The notes beneath the pieces were generated by a model. That model was not told where the DNA came from. It saw nothing but the letters and a program-made list of their open reading frames with translations, and made no database searches. A stretch of 64,000 nucleotides of DNA, taken from an uncultured Candidatus Saccharibacteria bacterium (GTDB lineage Bacteria; Patescibacteriota; Minisyncoccia; UBA6257; 1-14-0-10-44-23). The position numbers were made by a program, and so were the translations under genes. Positions 60,390 through 64,000 of the stretch are shown in pieces (within the stretch, counting starts at the first letter, position 1; the number at the start of each line of letters is the position of its first letter). The DNA is taken from positions 131,602 to 195,601 of the forward strand of contig CAZXKC010000001.1 in assembly GCA_964641225.1 (NCBI GenBank). The letters are read 5' to 3'.

Positions 60390-61238
60390 ATGCAGGAGCT
60401 GAATGTCACGGCAGTGGTTCCGGACGTTGCGACGTTCGCCAAGGAACGTTGGGGCATCTCGATTCTCGATTGCGCGACCGAGCGGGAGCTGCGCGACCGA
60501 GTGTTCGAGAACGTTTTCCTCAAGACGACCAGCAAGGACTTCGTCGAGCGCATGATGGCTCTGGATGTCCTGTTCGGGATGAATCCAACCTTCCTGCAGT
60601 CTGACGAGGCGCGCGTGTGTCGTGAGTTCTGTCTCAAGGAGTTCGCGCCGAGCGTCGATGACTTCTGGGAGATCGTCAGGGCGCAGCCGTTCAAGCGCTT
60701 CTCGACGCTCCAGGCCTTCTGGCGACAGAAGGATCTGGACGAGAACGACCGCTACCGGAAGGAGCAGCAGGAGGCGCACGAGCGCTATCTCGCAGAACAG
60801 GAGCAGCGACGTCTGGACAATCAGCGCGAGAAGGCCAAGCGAGAGCACGAGGAGCGTCTCAAGCGCATGACCTCGTTCTCGAATCTGGAGAGCTTCCTGG
60901 CGGTCCAGAAGATCGTCCGCAAGACGGGGGAGTCGAATGTCAACCTGCGACAGCGGGCCTTCGTCGAACTCTTCCTGCGCAGCAACCGGATGGCCGAGGA
61001 GGTGCGTTTCGTCGCGCGGGCCGAGGCGATGGAGGTGCTGATCGGATTCCGTCCCAAGTACCTGCGCATCGATGACCTGCGATGGGCGGAGCGGTTCTGT
61101 GATCGGAACATGCTCCAGTCCAAGGACAGTCTCGAGGAGTTCGCATCCACCTGGCAGGAGCGTATGCCTTCAGCGGTCGATCTGCTCAAGCGGCTCGGCC
61201 TGAGTGCGAAGGTCATCGGAGAGGCTGTCGCGGCGTAG
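60390..61238 (+). CDS. hypothetical protein (282 aa) with central charged coiled-coil-like region, GC-rich cassette I
   Basis: RBS GGGAGG; leader contains hairpin plus T8 run (60311-60345); terminator 61261-61305. Confidence 0.5.
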   Translation: MQELNVTAVVPDVATFAKERWGISILDCATERELRDRVFENVFLKTTSKDFVERMMALDVLFGMNPTFLQSDEARVCREFCLKEFAPSVDDFWEIVRAQPFKRFSTLQAFWRQKDLDENDRYRKEQQEAHERYLAEQEQRRLDNQREKAKREHEERLKRMTSFSNLESFLAVQKIVRKTGESNVNLRQRAFVELFLRSNRMAEEVRFVARAEAMEVLIGFRPKYLRIDDLRWAERFCDRNMLQSKDSLEEFASTWQERMPSAVDLLKRLGLSAKVIGEAVAA

Positions 61239-61318
61239 CGACGGAGACAGAACATCAACTGAGGCGCGGTGACCACATGGTCGCCGCGCCTCTTAACTTT
61301 TTATAGTAGACTATATAG

Positions 61319-62596
61319 ATGGCTGTTCGAAACACCGCTCTTATTACCTGCGTGACTTTACTTCTGGTCATTGGGGCCGGTATTTTTTTACTTACGATGC
61401 CAGATGCGCGTTCTACATTGCTTGGATCGCTGACGCCGAGCACGGAGCCGGTGCATATTGACCCAAACGCAGATATTGAACCGCAACAGAAGTTAGAGCA
61501 TCCGCCGCATCCTATTAAGGCAATGTATTTAACCTCCTGGTCTGCCGGAGGCGCTGCGGCAGTGGCGCGCGCCGTTGATTTAATTTCAAGCACAGAATTA
61601 AATGCTGTTGTAATTGATATTAAAGATTACACTGGCATGGTCAGTTATAAGCCGGCGATTGCGCAGGTAGTTGATTACGAGGCGTTTGAACCGCGCATTA
61701 AAAAAATTAATGCGCTCATTAAACAATTTCACGATGCGGGTGCGTATGTGATCGGTCGTATCGCCGTGTTTCAGGACCCGCAGCTTGCAAAGGCGCGGCC
61801 TGAGTTTGCGCTAAAGAGTAAAAAAACCGGACTGCCGTGGGGTGATCGAAACGGGATTCATTGGATGGACGCGGCTGCGCCGGCTGTGTGGGATTACAAC
61901 ATTGCGATTGCAAAGGATGCGCTGCAGCGTGGGTTTGATGAGGTTCAGTTTGACTACATCCGGTTTCCGACTGACGGCGATCTGACGGATATTCAATATG
62001 CATTTTACGATCCCGCCAAAGAGCCAAAACGACAGGTGATTACGAATTTTCTTGCGCATGCGCGCAGCGAGTTGCCGTACGCAAACATTTCAGTCGATAT
62101 TTTTGGCGAGACGGCGGTATTTGGCGAGGACACGGGGATTGGTCAAAAATTTGAGGATCCGTTTCCCTATGTTGATGCGGTTGCGCCGATGATTTATCCG
62201 TCGCATTTTGCAAGCGGCTTTCTTGGGTTTACAAAACCAGCCGAGCATCCGTATGACGTTATTTTGTATGCCATGAACGGTGGTTTTGCAAAATTAAAAA
62301 AACTTGAGCAGACATTTTTGAAAACGCCGAGCTCTACCTTGCCTGCGCTTGCAGAAATTCGACCGTGGCTACAGGATTTTAATTTAGGGGCGACGTATGA
62401 CGCGGCAAAAGTCCGGGCACAAATTGATGCGGCAAACGATGCTGCGCGAAAAGCAGCGGGATGCAAGACGCAACACACAACTGACAACTTACAACCTACA
62501 ACCGATGTTTGTAAGAATATTGAGATTGGCTGGATGCTCTGGGGTGCGGGATCGGGGAATAACACTAAGGGGGCGCTGAAGGCAGAAGCGAATTAG
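61319..62596 (+). CDS. putative glycoside-hydrolase-like TIM-barrel protein (GHL/DUF4015-like), N-terminal TM anchor
   Basis: family assignment from memory of motif region YLTSWSAGG...VIDIKDYTG; moderate. Confidence 0.45.
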   Translation: MAVRNTALITCVTLLLVIGAGIFLLTMPDARSTLLGSLTPSTEPVHIDPNADIEPQQKLEHPPHPIKAMYLTSWSAGGAAAVARAVDLISSTELNAVVIDIKDYTGMVSYKPAIAQVVDYEAFEPRIKKINALIKQFHDAGAYVIGRIAVFQDPQLAKARPEFALKSKKTGLPWGDRNGIHWMDAAAPAVWDYNIAIAKDALQRGFDEVQFDYIRFPTDGDLTDIQYAFYDPAKEPKRQVITNFLAHARSELPYANISVDIFGETAVFGEDTGIGQKFEDPFPYVDAVAPMIYPSHFASGFLGFTKPAEHPYDVILYAMNGGFAKLKKLEQTFLKTPSSTLPALAEIRPWLQDFNLGATYDAAKVRAQIDAANDAARKAAGCKTQHTTDNLQPTTDVCKNIEIGWMLWGAGSGNNTKGALKAEAN

Positions 62597-62633
62597 GCTC
62601 TGAAAGCCCTTGGAGTATAGGGTTTTAGGGTAC

Positions 62634-62662
62634 TTGACAAAATACGACATCGGGTGTATAAT
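62634..62662 (+). promoter_or_regulatory. promoter TTGACA-N17-TATAAT for DGR target gene
   Basis: 62634-62639 and 62657-62662. Confidence 0.5.
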
Positions 62663-62695
62663 ATACATTAGGTCTTTGAAAGCAGAGTTGCTAGA

Positions 62696-62792
62696 TTAGC
62701 CGCACAAATTGGGTTGTTTTTAATCAAAAAATAGACCAATTTGTGCGGCTAAGAACTCACCGTGTGGTGAGAGCCGTGAGTTCTCTTTTTTC
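62696..62792 (+). promoter_or_regulatory. structured 5' leader: 17-bp perfect inverted repeat (ttagccgcacaaattgg / ccaatttgtgcggctaa) then terminator-like hairpin gaactcac/gtgagttc plus TCTTTTTTC
   Basis: read directly; sits between promoter and RBS GGAGGA. Confidence 0.5.
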
Positions 62793-62805
62793 GGAGGAAC
62801 AGCCC

Positions 62806-63462
62806 ATGACTCAGTCTGGGACAGTCCGTAAGATGACCGATGGTCAGCGCAGCGATCTGATCGCGACGATCACGGGAGTGATTCCCGCAGATCTCACGTT
62901 CGACGAGGCGCAGGCAATCATCGGCAGCAAGGGTCCGTTCGTGGCCGACATCCGTCAGGCGTTCGCCAAGCGGCGGATTCGGGCGCCGGGACACTTTCCG
63001 GTCTGGCGTACGATCCAGGTCGGTACCCATGGGAACTCGAAGGGTCTGCAGGAGGCCGTCGAACAGGGTGGCTGCCAGATCAGCAGCTGGGCGGCCGACA
63101 TGATGAAGCGACCCACCTTCACGCTCGCCAAGGAGCCCGGCACCGTCAATCTCGTCCGGGTCAAGGTTAGCGAGTTGGGGTTCATGAAGAACACGCCCCT
63201 TTCGCAGATTCGTGATCGGGGTGTGGAACTCGGTCTTGCACTCTGTGAACCTGAGGACGGGCCGCAGCTTCGTCTGCAGTATCCGGAGCAGCCGATGGGC
63301 GAGGCGGTCTGGATGGCCATGAACGCCATCGTGTGCTCGAACGGCAACCCGCACATCTTCTGCGTCTTTCACGGCGAGGACGGTCGGTACCTCCGCGTCT
63401 ACGTCGGCTATCCGGGCCGCCTCTGGGGTCCCGACGACGGGTTCGTCTTCCGCAAGAAGTAG
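62806..63462 (+). CDS. DGR target protein candidate (218 aa) with C-terminal variable region; GC-rich cassette J
   Basis: ATG after RBS GGAGGAACAGCCC; last ~40 codons form VR matching TR with adenine-specific mismatches. Confidence 0.6.
   Translation: MTQSGTVRKMTDGQRSDLIATITGVIPADLTFDEAQAIIGSKGPFVADIRQAFAKRRIRAPGHFPVWRTIQVGTHGNSKGLQEAVEQGGCQISSWAADMMKRPTFTLAKEPGTVNLVRVKVSELGFMKNTPLSQIRDRGVELGLALCEPEDGPQLRLQYPEQPMGEAVWMAMNAIVCSNGNPHIFCVFHGEDGRYLRVYVGYPGRLWGPDDGFVFRKK
63336..63455 (+). repeat. DGR variable repeat (VR)
   Basis: 120 nt aligning to 63808-63927; all 23 mismatches fall at TR adenines. Confidence 0.7.
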
Positions 63463-63488
63463 TCTCTCGGTTCCTCGTGCACCTGGTT

Positions 63489-63512
63489 GTCCGGAAGTCT
63501 GGATATCCGGAC
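63489..63512 (+). promoter_or_regulatory. GC-rich hairpin downstream of VR (gtccgga...tccggac), candidate DGR homing hairpin
   Basis: 7-bp stem, 10-nt loop, 30 nt after VR end. Confidence 0.4.
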
Positions 63513-63530
63513 ACTTGGTTCCTCGTTTTT

Positions 63531-63572
63531 CCCGCCCCCACAGTTTCGACTGTGCGGGGCGGTTCGTTTTTT
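63531..63572 (+). terminator. intrinsic terminator after target gene
   Basis: ccgccccacag/ctgtgcggggcgg stem plus TTCGTTTTTTG. Confidence 0.6.
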
Positions 63573-63807
63573 GTATACTTACAATGGCAGTAGGCGGGCG
63601 CAGATGGTTACGGCTTTCTGCGGCTGAACCCAGGTTTCATCTGACCCAGAACGTTTCCGGCTACGGCTCTAAACGGAGCGGCGCATGAGCTTTAAAAAAT
63701 AATACTACTTGGTATGAGGAGTTAAGCGAGTGTGGCTCGCAGATACGATACAGCTCGAAGAATATTCAACGGGCAGTGGCATTGATGGCTCTTCATACAT
63801 TCGTGGA

Positions 63808-63927
63808 CTCGAACGGCAACCCGAACATCTTCTACGTCAATCACGACGAGAACGGTCGGTACCTCAACGACAACATCGACAATCCGGACAACCTCTGGAA
63901 TCCCGACAACGAGTTCGTCTTCCGCAA
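63808..63927 (+). repeat. DGR template repeat (TR); the 63776..63988 track ORF is the TR read-through, not a protein gene
   Basis: AAC (Asn) codon-rich copy of VR; followed by hairpin ctctcctg/caggagag plus TTTTGTT (63940-63972). Confidence 0.7.
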
Positions 63928-64000
63928 CTGGTTCTATTTCTCTCCTGTCGTCTTAGGCAGGAGAGTTTTGTTCCATGCTTTTACGTAGCCACCCGCCGAG

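Noticed and set aside
63776-63988. 70-aa ORF at window end
   Set aside because: It begins with GTG and is simply the read-through of the DGR template repeat. The Asn-rich translation reflects AAC-rich TR, not a protein gene.

Overview
The window looks like a chromosomal segment of a small-genome Candidate Phyla Radiation (Patescibacteria) bacterium. Three observations point that way. rpmD (L30) is missing between rpsE and rplO. rplC and rplX are shortened, and rplV, rpsE and rpsS carry low-complexity extensions. A sortase and an LPXTG-type substrate indicate a Gram-positive-type envelope; a Saccharibacteria-like lineage is inference only. The backbone is the str operon (rpsL-rpsG-fusA...tuf) followed by the S10/spc cluster (rpsJ through rplO, secY), and an rnpB RNA, a tRNA-Gln and housekeeping genes (typA, tsaC, trxB-like, pgk, rnhA, dnaX) complete it. 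The accessory content is three paralogous cell-surface proteins, two MacAB-like efflux modules, an ECF sigma factor and a sortase/LPXTG pair. Two things stand out. First, a diversity-generating-retroelement (DGR) signature sits at the right edge: the 3' 120 nt of a high-GC gene (VR, 63336-63455) matches an Asn-codon-rich copy (TR, 63808-63927), and every one of the 23 mismatches is an adenine in the TR. The reverse transcriptase is expected just beyond the window end. Second, at least nine compositionally foreign, visibly GC-rich single-gene cassettes are scattered through an AT-richer backbone. Most are bounded by a consensus TTGACA-N17-TATAAT promoter and all by a GC-rich hairpin terminator; one sits between fusA and tuf. 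A repeated ~110-nt structured intergenic element (2 copies) and several leader attenuator-like hairpins were also seen. No rRNA, CRISPR array or recognisable transposase was found.
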